Origin: Lama glama
Taxonomy: Eukaryota
Direction of reading: 5' to 3'
Length of the DNA: 64,000 bases
Assembly: GCA_028534125.1 (NCBI GenBank)
Contig: CM052824.1
Coordinates: 60,760,001 to 60,824,000 of the forward strand
Shown in pieces: positions 24,174 through 35,180 of this stretch. Numbering within the stretch: position 1 is the stretch's first letter; each line of letters starts with the position of its first letter. Under the pieces are notes generated by a model, which made no database searches, was not told where the DNA came from, and saw nothing but the letters and a program-made list of their open reading frames with translations. The position numbers and the translations under genes were made by a program.

Positions 24174-26958
24174 AAGGCAGACTTTAAAAAGACCAGACAC
24201 ACTCAAGCCACCAATTAAACACTTAAGCACAAATTCAGGGTCCCCTCCAGCCACCAGCGTCGTGTGTACGAGGTCTTGCTCCCCCAGTCAGTGATCAGGG
24301 ACTGAGATGAGCTGAGACAGCCCCCACGCCGCCAGCCATCACCACACCTCAGGAACAAGTACCCAGAAAGGACGGCTCGTCGTCAAGCCGGCACCCGGGC
24401 CTCTCCCGACCTGGCTCCTCCCCTGGAGGGAACGGGGCCCCGGCTCACGGTCTGCCCACCTTGGGGGAGCAGAACGGGCTGGGTCCAGCGTTGGCCTCGA
24501 GACACCAACGAAGAGCAGCCCGTCGTAAATGAGGTGGCCTACTCTACATTCTAGGATAACCCTAAAAATAAACCGTCACGCCCAGACACACCGGCGGGGA
24601 CCTTGCGGGGCCCCTCCTGTGTGAGCGGTGATGTCCGCAGCTTCATCACAGAGCAACTCAAACGCTCCGTGGCAGTTGGTTCAGGCAGTTCATTGTGGAC
24701 AATGGGGTTCCTGCCCCTCCCACAAAATAACAAGCTGTTACGGACGGACACCCTGCTCTGGGCCGGGAGCTGGGGACCCCACCAGAGCACGACATGCCAC
24801 CCACCCCTGTGGAGCGGTGGCCCTAAGTGCCGCTCACCCTGCGGGAGCGGCGGGAACAGCACGAGCAAAGGCCCGGGGCAGCGGGGATTGACCAAGACGG
24901 CCCAGCCCCTGGGCGCGAGGCGGGGAGGCGGGGAACAGGAAGGCTTTCCACTCTCAGGATGCAGCCCAGAGGCGTGGGACCTGCAAAGAGGGTTTGTCCT
25001 CAGAGGGACTGACCGGGTGTCACCTCGGCCCTGGCTCTGCAGGGTGCAGTTCCGAGCCCCCCTCCTCTCCGCAGGACAGCCCCCAGCACGGGGCGCCAGC
25101 AAGGGAGCAACTGCTACCCATGGCTGCGGATCCTCAGTGGAGTTTGGAGCCGGACCCCAGCCACCTGCCAGCTGAGCTCCAAGATGGCAAGAACTCCGTG
25201 GGCTTCGCTGTCCTGGGGAGTCAGAAGAGACCCAGCCCCCCGGCCACACTGATATCAAGGGAACAAGACGGGGGTCTGGGGTGCTCCTGAAGCAGGGAGT
25301 CCCCGCTGGGACCGCAGACAACCCTGACGGGGGGGAGTCAGTGTCCAGGGGGTGGCCGAGGGTGGCCTCCACCCAGAGTGCCCAGGCTGGACTGACCAGG
25401 GCACTCGGCTGCTCCGTGAGACCGACTGGCAGCCGTGGAAGTAACGCTGGAAGGTTACCGGGCTCTGGGCTGGGTGAACAGCACACACACTCCTTACGTA
25501 ACCGCCAGGGCTGGGAATGCTGAGAAGGCGGCCGGTTGGCGGCTGGCGCGTGAAGGCAGGAAGGCGGTGAAGCCGCTCAGACCTGCCCGGACGCAGACGC
25601 AGGTGCACCGTGCCGCAGCCCCACCGGCAGCATCCACACAGGATGGGGGCACGCCTCAGCCCGCCCCACTCACGGCTTCCCCGGAGCCCAGCCGAGGCCC
25701 CGAGGCCGGAAAGCCGCGGTCCGGGGGCAGTGTCTGCCCTCCGAGGGTCCCCGCGGCCCTGCACCGGCAGCGCGTGATGGCGAGGAGGAAAGAGGCCAAG
25801 TAGTTCCGAAGAAACTATGACACAGCTAATTTCTGCTCCCCGGCCAGCACACGTGCAAGCCAACACCTGCCCCATCTCCCACACACCCCACCAACGTTCC
25901 CCACGTCTCTCAGTTCCAGGGTCCAAAAACAGACGGGTCGCCGTGCAACCCGGGCCGGCTACAGAGCAGCCAGTGTTTCAGCGGCCCTTCTGCTCCTGGG
26001 GGAGGGGTGCACTCCGTCTGGAAAGGCCTCCCCGCCACCCCAGCACCGTGCACACGAGGGGGAGCCTGCACCCTGCAGCCCACCCGCCTGGCTCCCCGCC
26101 AGCCTGGGGGGTGCTGTCTGCTGTTGTTTTTGTTTTTTACAAAAACACCTTGCAAAATGGACGTCAGAAAAGCACCCACATCCCCACATCCCCACCAGTG
26201 ACGTGCAGCCCCGGGCGCATCTGACTCTACCTCCAACCATCTCAGAACGGAGAACCAGCCGCTGGGGCCACGCTCATCGCCGACCTCCGAGGCCAGGGTG
26301 GAGGAGCCGGCCCATCAGCGCTGGCTGTGCCCCCAGACTTCAATACAACCTGTCCACGCAAAGACCGAGCCAGGACGAGGGGCCTGCGGGAGCTGAGCCG
26401 CTCTGCGGACGGAGCTCAGTGTGGGGAAACAGGTGCGGGCCACCGCCGCCAGCCAGGGGCTCCACACTTCCCCATCGCGGTGCTGCCGACACTCCCCTGG
26501 CAGCAACGCACACGCACGCTCGCTCGGCAACGGCGCTCAGACCCTCCACGGAGAAGGCAGCAGGCAGGCCCCCAGCCAGGGTGTCAGATGGAAACGAGGC
26601 TGCTTCCTGAGCCAGGCCTCGGCCACACACGCCCGATCTAGGGGGTACGTCCCCTCCCCACCCCCGCGTCAGCACCTCGCTCGCCGGGTGTGCTCCCCTG
26701 GGGCTTGTTTCTAAAACCTGCCCCCTCGGAAACAAGAGCCCCTCAGCACTGCCCCCCTCCCCCCCGCGCGGCTGGAGCTGCTGCAGCCACAACCCTGCCT
26801 GGGGCCAGCGGCCCCCGCACGCCTGTGCTCGGAGCATCCCTGCAGGGGGGAGGCTGCGGGCCAGGCCGCCAGGCCAGCCGAGATGCGGACTCTGCGGCCT
26901 CGGCCGCTGACCGCACACGGCCTGTGCAGAGAAGGCACGGGCGACGGGCATTACTCAC

Positions 26959-27170
26959 GGGCTTTCTCCTGCCTCCTCAGCTCAGGCTCTTTATGCTCTA
27001 CGGAGCGGCAGGCGTGGAAGGAGGCATTCTCCTTCCTCCAATGCGCCAACGCTGCCCCTTGCTCCCCGGACCCCGACAATAGGCAGGGTGGGCTCAGATA
27101 TTTAAAGGAAGGCTGGCCGGCCCGTCCCCCGCCTCTCCCATCCCTGCCTCCTCATGTCTCCAGGCCCGGG
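26959..27170 (-). other. PRKCZ: Alternative non-coding first exon (exon 1') of the brain PKMzeta transcript
   Basis: The minus strand reads CCCGGGCCTGGAGACATGAGGAGGCAGGGATG...CCTTCCTTTAAATATCTG...CCTGCCTATTGTCGGGG...GAGCATAAAGAGCCTGAGCTGAGGAGGCAGGAGAAAGCCC|GTGAGTAA. This closely resembles the PKMzeta 5' UTR as I recall it. Canonical donor at 26958; the 5' boundary is approximate. Confidence 0.85.
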
Positions 27171-27246
27171 TGGTACCCGGCTCCCCTGGGAAGCTGGAGC
27201 CAGCAGCTGAGGCACCAACTAAAACACGGCCTGGATGTCGAGGAGC

Positions 27247-27254
27247 TGACGTCA
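27247..27254. promoter_or_regulatory. Canonical CRE (TGACGTCA) of the PKMzeta internal promoter
   Basis: Perfect palindrome ~80 bp upstream of exon 1'. A CRE is a described feature of the PKMzeta promoter. Confidence 0.85.
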
Positions 27255-30200
27255 CAGGACAACAAGCGTCTCTGTGCTGAGACGGTCCTGAGAGGGAAGG
27301 CAGGGCCATGGCTCGGCCCCCCAGAGCCTTTCAAAGCCAGTGTCTGTCTTTCAAAGACAGAGCCCAGCCGGCCTGGGTTCGCCAGATCGGGCTCGCCAGC
27401 CAGGACACGGGGACACAGCGGCCACCAGAGTGCGGGCGACCTCCGACCCGTGTCCACAGAGGCCAACAACGGGTCCGGCCCAAATGCTCAGGCCCTGAGC
27501 CCTGGGCACTGTGGCTGGAGGGGTGGGATGGAGAGACACTGTGGGTCAGGTCCTCGAGCCGAGCCCTGGGTCATGTGGTGGTTCTGCGTGGCGGCTGTTT
27601 GGGGGGAGGGGGCAGAAATGGGGGAACAGAGCTCCCGGGGGCACCACACACAGGGAGGTGAGCATCGAGTGACTGGCCTGGAATCGCACCTGTCCCAGCC
27701 TAAGGCTCCCCGACACATGGCCTGTGTCCTGCCAACACTGGCCAGGGCAGACCCTCGACCCCTCAAAACTCAGCATCCAGGTCTCACCGGTGGAAGGTGA
27801 GCGCTGAGCCATTTCCCTCCAATTCCAAGGTCACCGGCCTGGGCCAGTTTCCCCGAGCCCCGGTGCTCGTGCCAACCCTACATGGCTGGCTCCAGGCTGG
27901 GGGCCAGGAAGGATCAGGAACTTCTCCCCACCCTCCACACCACCCCCAGCTGGCGCACATGCTGGGAAAGGCAAGTGTCCCAGCTCAAACCTGCCGCCAG
28001 GTTACAAGCAGTGTCAGGCTCACGCTCATTCGCGTCCACCACAGAGTCCGGGCCAGGGCTCTGGGTTCGAGCTCCAGCTCCTTCACTAGCGATGGACTGG
28101 AGTCACTCTGGAGCTTCTCTGACCCCTGGCTGACCAGCCGGCCAGGTAGGGCGTCTCGTAACACATGAAAACCACGAACACAGCACCAGACACACCACTG
28201 GAGTGGAAGGTCCCCAGATCTCCTCCACCGGAAATAAGGCTGGCGAATGACAAGCTAGGGGTGGCTTTCCCGCTGGGCTGACAAAAATCTAAATCCCAGG
28301 CCTTCAAGACACGTGAACGTGGACGAGTCTGTACGGAACGTTTCTGCCTCAGCTGGTTTCCCATGATGGCAGCAGCTGAGCAGCTGCGGCCGAGCCCAGA
28401 CAGCCCAGACAGCCCAGGCCCTCGCCGTCTGGTCTTCGCAGGAGAGGTGTGCCCACCCAGAGACTGCGGACCCCTGGCACCCCGGGGCCGCCGTGCCCAC
28501 AGCGGGCTTCCGCGATGAGTGCAGAGTCAGCCCGAGTCCCAGAGAAGCTTCGTGTGCGAGCAGCTTTGCGTCACGGCTGTTGCCCACGGCCCATGTCTCT
28601 CCTGCAACCTGTCCCGAAACATCCAGCTCTTCAGGCCCCTAGAAAACTCAGGCTAAACTTGAAGACGGCTGATTTTTTTACTGGAAGCATGTTTTAGGTG
28701 GAAAAGTAGCTTTTGTTGCAAATAATCTGAGACAAAACAGAACATGGCTGGATTTGTAATAAAACAACACACACGAGAACCAGGGAATGACGGGCACCAG
28801 GGACCTTGGGGGGACTCCGCAGTAATCAGCCCACGGTGCCTGCTCCATCACCCAGTCGACCACGGGCCCCCACCCACTTTGAGGACGCTGGGTGGCCTTC
28901 AGCACCTGCTGGGGCACCGACCTCCCACCTGATCGGCCAGCGGGGCCGGGGAGGCGGCGAGCTGGGCTCCCTGGGCCCTCAGCCCGTTCCCGGGGCCCTT
29001 TTGAACTCTTCAGTGCGCACCCGGGGCAAGCAGGGGAGACTGAGGCACAGGAAGCTGCACCCCTGCTGGGAGCCCACCCTGGTCGCCCCAGGTGGGTGTC
29101 CGCCAGAGGTGCAGCCCAGCCAAGGTCCCGCCCTGCCCAGCTCTGCCTCTGGGCAGTTGCCCAGCGTGTGTCCCGAGGCACACAGAGCTTCAGAGCCAGA
29201 GAACAGTCAGGGCAGCCGCTCTGGGCCCAACGGGTGGGCGGATGAGCGAGAGGTAGTGGGACGGAGGGCCGCGGCCCAGGTCTGGGGGTGCTGCTATGGC
29301 CCTGTGTGATCCCCTCCTCTCCCACAGCCCTGGCAGGGAGGCCCCTCCGCTCGCAACCCACCGTGGCCCCTGCAGCGCGTGGCTGTCCCTCAGCAGCCCT
29401 GACCCAGCCCGCTCCTCCGTCACCACTCCTCTGAGCTTCTGGGGCTCCTGACAGGTGAGGAGCCCAGGCGGCCCACAGAGGCTGTGCAGGGGACAGAGCT
29501 ACAGACAGAGCCAGCGGTCAAGCACCCTCCTGGCTACAACTCCAGACCCCACAGACCCGAGGGGTAAGGCTGAAGAGGATCCCAGTTTCTCAGGGTCCTG
29601 GCCCAGGTACAATCTCCCACCCCTGGGGATGCTGTCCTGGACACCGTGCTTGGCCCCAGACCCCACACAAGGGCCACCCGGGCAACAAGCAGGGTCCTCT
29701 GCAGGGGGAGCAGTGCTGCCCGCCCCTCGGAATGTGGGCTGCCTCCCCCAGGGAGCAAGCTGGAGGGGGCCGGTCCTAAACCAGCCAGCCCACCAAACAA
29801 CCCAGCAAACGGCCCACCAAACAGTCCAGGGACGCCCCTGTCACTCACGTGTGCAGGCAAATGACACACAGCGCACGGCTGCCGCACCTTCCAGGAAGGT
29901 GATCCCGCCCCCCAGCGGGGGACTCGCTCCAGCTGTCCATCACCCCCCGGCCCACAGCCCCCCAGGCTGGAGTCAGGTCCCCAGGAAAAGCGCCTACAGA
30001 GGAGGGGCCGGCAGGAGTGGCCGATGGGTGTCCGATCACATGGGTAGGACGGTGGCCAGACATCAAGGACAGTGGCCATTGAAGGGGCTGACAGGGCAGT
30101 GGGCCAGCAGCAACTGGGCAGCAGGGCCCCAGTGTCCGTGGAAAAACGGGCAAAGGTCTTGGCCACGCTCAGCCGTGCTGGGCCTGCCACTGCCGGAGGC

Positions 30201-30544
30201 CCTACGGACATGCCTCCCAAACCCACAGCTGTCCACAAGCCCAGCCGGTGTTCCTGACCACTCGCACTGGCCGCACACAGACCACAGCCCCCAGGTGGCT
30301 CACAGGAACCCCGTGTCACGAGGGGGGCCCGCACCCCTGGGCGGGCCTGGTGCGAATCCACCATCCACTGTCCGACACAGGGTCCTACCTCTCAAAGCTC
30401 CGCACGGGACCCCGGCCCAAATGCTGCAAGGGCACTGGACTCCCCGCAAATCCACATGGCCTCCACCACAGGCTTCACACCAGAGGCCTGTGGAAACCCT
30501 GGGCAGAGGGCGTTTCCCGGGGACAGACCCCACCCACGCAGTGC

Positions 30545-30895
30545 GGGGGGGTCTCACCTGAATGCAGCCGACCGACAGTCCACATTCTCACCCCCCGAAC
30601 CTGCAGGTGTTCACAGATGTGATGAAGTAAGGGTCTGGAGGTTGTCCGGTTAACTGAATGGCCCTAAATCCAGTGACACGTCCTTGTAAGAGGAGGAGGA
30701 AAGACAGGCAGACAGGAGGGGAAATGCCGTGGAGGATGGAGGGAGGCAGCGGCTGGAGTGGGGTGGCCGCCACCAGCTGTGACCAGAAGGGCTGGAACAC
30801 GTTCTCCCCCAGAGCCTCCCCCAGGCTCCACCTCCAGGCTGTTCTGAGCTCGTGGTCTTTGGTTGTGTGGCCCCAGGAACCTACCCCACCCCCAA
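30545..30895 (+). mobile_element. MaLR LTR (MLT1D-like)
   Basis: cagatgtgatgaagtaaggg...ggccctaaatccagtgacacgtccttgtaagagg...ttctcccccagagcctcc...gtggtctttggttgtgtggccccaggaacc. Confidence 0.7.
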
Positions 30896-32039
30896 ACATG
30901 CCATGAGGCATCGGGGCGGGGTGAGGGGCTGGCCGCCCGTTGCCCAGTCCCTGCCGTCCCTCTCCAGGCCTGCCCCCTGCTGTCCATCACAGTGACCACC
31001 CGCCCTCGGGGGCCACGGCCCAGGTCTGTGTGCCGAACATCCCACAGGCTCCCCGAGTCCCTGGCTAGAGGGGCGGAGCACAGACTTGGAGCTCTGGCCA
31101 CAGGAGACAGAGAGGAGACAGTCCAGCCAGACACCAGGCCAACCCTGGCATATGTCTTGGATGGACCTAAGACTGAAGCATAAGAGACAGCATTTCTGCC
31201 ACTTGGGGCGGCCAGAAGGGAAGGCGTCACACAGATCTGAGCAGACAGAAATCCAACAGCAATACTTCCATGTGCGCAGAGGCTGGACGAGGCGCCTGGC
31301 GGCAGGCAGGGCAAGGAGAACCCACCCGCACAAGGAGCACGCGGGTGGCAGCGGGGCCCCAGGAGGTCACGGAGCCTCTCTGTGCTGCTGCCCGCCCTCC
31401 TCTCAGCCCTGGGCTGCCTGTGCACCGGCCCGGAGCCAGCAGGTGGTCCTCCCTCAGACCCCGGTGCTGCCGCGACACTCCTGTGCCCAACAAACCACCC
31501 TGCCACCACCGGCTCACCAGCCCGCAGGTCCCGCCGTGCTGAGGACGTCACTGCCAGGCCCACCAAACCAACAGGACTGTGAGTCCTCACTGTGCCCCGC
31601 GCGCCACCCCAGATGCCCTGGAAATGCACTTCCAGCTGGTGGGAAGGACCCTCCCCGGTCCCTCAGCTCCCACCGGGCCTTTGGTGACGACAGCAGGGAG
31701 CCTGGCCTCCCGCCTGACCCGACGGCACGTCCACCTCCACCGCCTGCATGTGACAAGCAGCGTGGGGCCCCTGAGTGCTCCTCACGCAGGACCCGGAACC
31801 AGACTGAAGTCACGCCCTCCGAAAGTGGGGTACCTCACAGGGCCCTGCTGACACTTTAACCTGAAGATGCTTCAACACACACAGACTCGAAAAGTCCTTG
31901 GTATCGTGGCCAGAACAAAGCTGCCGACTCAGCACTGTAAAACCCTTCAACCTGCGCACGCACGAGTGTTCACAAGAGCCAAAGGGCAGAGACGACCCGA
32001 ATGTGCATCGACAAGCGAATGGGGACACAGAACGGGATA

Positions 32040-34825
32040 GAAACACCCGAAGGGAGACTCTCCAGCCACAAGAAGCGATGACGGGACAGCCAGAGACGGC
32101 AGACAAGGACGGCGAGGGCTCAAGCGCACGACGAACCAAGGGAAGCCGCCGGGCACACGAGCAGCCCCAGCAACAGCACACACACCTCCCTGGTGCCCGT
32201 GGGACGCTCCCCAGGGCAGATGTCGTCCAAAGCATCTCCTCCGACCACAGCAGGACAAGTTAGAGACCAACAGCAGAAGGAAAGCTGGAGGATCCATGAG
32301 CGTGTGGAAAGCAGGGAACACACTCCTAGACGGCTGGCGGCCAGAGAAGAAAGCACGAGGGAAGTCAGGGCGCAACATGCCAGGCCCCAGGGACGCAGGG
32401 GGACCGGGGGAGGGAGACCCACTGCCTTGGAAAGCAAGAGGGGGCTCAGACCGACGGCCGGACTTCACAGCTTAAGGACCTAGAAGATCGTGGTTGATCA
32501 AGTCACCGGCCATTGGAGACCCTCGCAGAACGGAAAAAATGCTCAGCCTCCTGCCCCTCGCTCCTCCCGGAGGCCACAGGGCGAGCCTCCAAGTTCCAGC
32601 CCTCTAATCTCCCGGTCTTGTGGGCGACCAGCCTCATCCTGAGACCAGCAGGGGCCCCACCCTAAGTCACCTTGTTAGCAGAAACTCACGGAACTCCTAA
32701 TAAAAGACAAAAGACGCTCCCATGTGCCACAGAAGGAAACCCCCCCAGCACAATAAAGGCCAGACATGAAAGGCCAGGGCAAACGCCACCTCAACGGCCG
32801 AGGACCGAAGACTCTCCTCCACGGGCTGGGACAAGACGGAGACGCCCGCCGGCGCCCGTGCTCCTCGACGCGGCGCTGGGAGTTGTACCCAGAGCAACTA
32901 GGCAAGAAAAGCGAAAGGCATATAAGCCGAAAAGGAGGAAGTCAAGTTCCCTCTGTTCACAGATGACGCAGAAAACTCTCAACGATTCTGCAAACAAGTT
33001 GTCAGAATGAACGAATTCAGCAGAACAGCAGGATACGAAGTCAACACACAAAAATCAGTTGCATTTCTATCCACTAGCAATGAAACAACCCAAAAAGGAA
33101 ATTAAGAAAATAGTTCCATTACGTTAGCATCAAGAATAAAGTGCTTAAGAACACACCTAACAAGGTGACGGACTTGCACACTGAAAACTGTAGAAGTGCT
33201 AGGAGGAGCTACACACAAGTCAGCGCAAAGACACCCGTCCATGGATTAGAAGACTTAATACTGCTAAGATGCTAACAGAACCCAAAGTGATCTAAAGAAT
33301 CAGTGCAATCTCTATCAAAACCCAACGATTATTTTTTTGGTAGGAATTTTTTTTAAATCCTAAAATTCAGGTGGAATCTCAAGGGACTCAGAATAGCCAA
33401 AAAGATCTTCACAAAGAACAAAGCTGGAGAACTCACAATCCTTGATTTCAAAGCTTACTGCAAAGCTTCAGTAACCAAAACAGTGTGGTATAAAGACAAA
33501 TCTACGGAATAGAACACACGGCCCAGAAATGAACCCTCACATGTGCGGTCAAATGACTTCCAAAGAGGGCGCCAAGACCATTCAGTGCGGAAAAGGAGTC
33601 TTCTCAACAAACGGTGCTGGGAAAACTGGGTGTCCACACACACAAGAATTTCGCTGGGCCTGTACGTAACACCACACGCAGAAGTGAACTCCAAATGCAC
33701 CAAAGACCTAACTGCAAGATCTAAAACTATAAGCCCCTTAGGAGAACACACAGGGCAGAGCTTCCAGACATGGGGTTTGGCATCGATTTCTTGGGTATGA
33801 CACCAAAGGCCCAGGCAACAAAGGAAAAATAGACAAATTCATGAAAAAGTGCACTTTTTGTTCATCAAGTGACACTATAAACAAAGTGGAAAAGACCTCA
33901 CAGAACAGGGAAGATACTTGCAAATCCTGTATCTGGTAGGGGGTTCATGTCCAGAACACGCAGAGAACGAACTCCTGCAGCTCAGCAACGACAGACAAAT
34001 GGCCCACTTCACAACGGGCAAAGGACTGGGTTCTGTTAGCATCATTTCTCCAAAGAAGACAGACGCGTGAAAAGACGTTCAGCATCACTAGCTGTCAGAG
34101 AAACGCAAATCCAAACTACGGGGCCCCACCTCACACCCGCTGGGACGGCTGCGGCCAAAACGGAAACCAACCAGTGTGGGTGGGGACACGGAGAAACGGA
34201 AACCGCGGGCACCGCTGGTGGGGACGAAGAACGGTACAGCTGCCGTGGAAAGCGGTGTCGATGCGCCTTGAAAACTTGAGAAAACAACTGCAAACAACCC
34301 AGCAATCCCATGTGCACGTCATGTGCCCGGAAGGACAGGGAGCAGCGTCTCAAGAAGTTCCTAACGCACATTCACAGCAGCACGACTCACGGGAGCTAAA
34401 GACATGGAAGCAACCCAAGTGCTCATCAGCAGAAGACGGAGGAGCAGAGCGTGGTCTGTCCTCACAAGGGAACGCTATTCAGGCTTTAAAAGGAAGGAAA
34501 CGCTGATGCCTGCTACAACCTGCACGAACCCTGAGGATGTTACGTGAGCCAATCGCGAAAGGACAAATCCAGTGTGACCCCTTTTTTGAGGTCCTTAGGG
34601 GAGTCAAAATCCTAGAAACAGGAAGGAGGAGGTGGGTACAGGGACTGGGGCCAGGGAGTGAGTGTTTAACGGAGACTGAGTTCAGTCTGGGAAGATGGAA
34701 GAGTTCTGTGACCGGACGGTGGTGACGGTCGCACAAAAATGTGAGTCCAGTTAATATCGATGAACTGTACACTTAAAAATGGTTAAGATGGTAAATTTTA
34801 TGTGTACTTCACCACAATAAAAAAA
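32040..34825 (+). mobile_element. Large decayed LINE-1 (endonuclease-region, RT-region and 3' UTR pieces with internal deletions; L1MB-like)
   Basis: aaagcatctcctccgaccacagc (EN-region SDH), tctgttcacagatgacgca (FADD motif region), aaaaatcagttgcatttctat, and 3' end cttaaaaatggttaagatggtaaattttatgtg...cacaataaaaaaa. Confidence 0.88.
32487..32725 (+). mobile_element. MER21-like LTR fragment inserted in the L1
   Basis: ggttgatcaagtcaccggccattgg...aagttccagccctctaatc...cctaagtcaccttgttagcagaaactca...caaaagacgctccc. Confidence 0.6.
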
Positions 34826-34829
34826 ACTG

Positions 34830-35180
34830 GGAGAAGAAAAGGAATGAAGTTCTGATGCACATTACCACACGGATGGACTGAGAACATCGCGCCAGTGTCA
34901 GAAGCCAGTTACAAAGACCACACGTCACACGTTCCGTTGACATGAAATGTTTGGCGCAGGCAGACCCAGAGGCAGCGCGGAGGCTGGTGGGGGTCAGGCG
35001 CCGGCGGAGTAAGGGCGGCAGCGGCTGCAGGCGGGCGTGGGCTTCCCTTGCCCAGTGCAGTTTGCCAGCAGTGGGGGTGGCGGACGGACAGCGTGGTGAA
35101 TGCACCAAACGCCACCGACTTGTTCAATGTGATGTAGTCGATTTTACATTATGTGTACTTCAAACAATTTTTAAAAAACC
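34830..35180 (+). mobile_element. Second L1MB-like 3' UTR fragment
   Basis: aaaaggaatgaagttctgatgcac...agaagccagttacaaagacc...gtgaatgcaccaaacgccacc...tgtgtacttcaaacaatttttaaaaaa. Confidence 0.75.

Noticed and set aside
28898-28918. REST/RE1 site upstream of the PKMzeta promoter (TTCAGCACC...)
   Set aside because: Only the left half-site matches; the GGACAG right half is absent.
29781-29830. Short 12-bp tandem units (cccaccaaacaa-like), plus the 11-bp duplication near 848-870 and the repeated ccagcagatggaca at 50127 and 50154
   Set aside because: These are ordinary local slippage duplications with 2-3 copies and no spacers. They are not CRISPR-like, and the DNA is eukaryotic.
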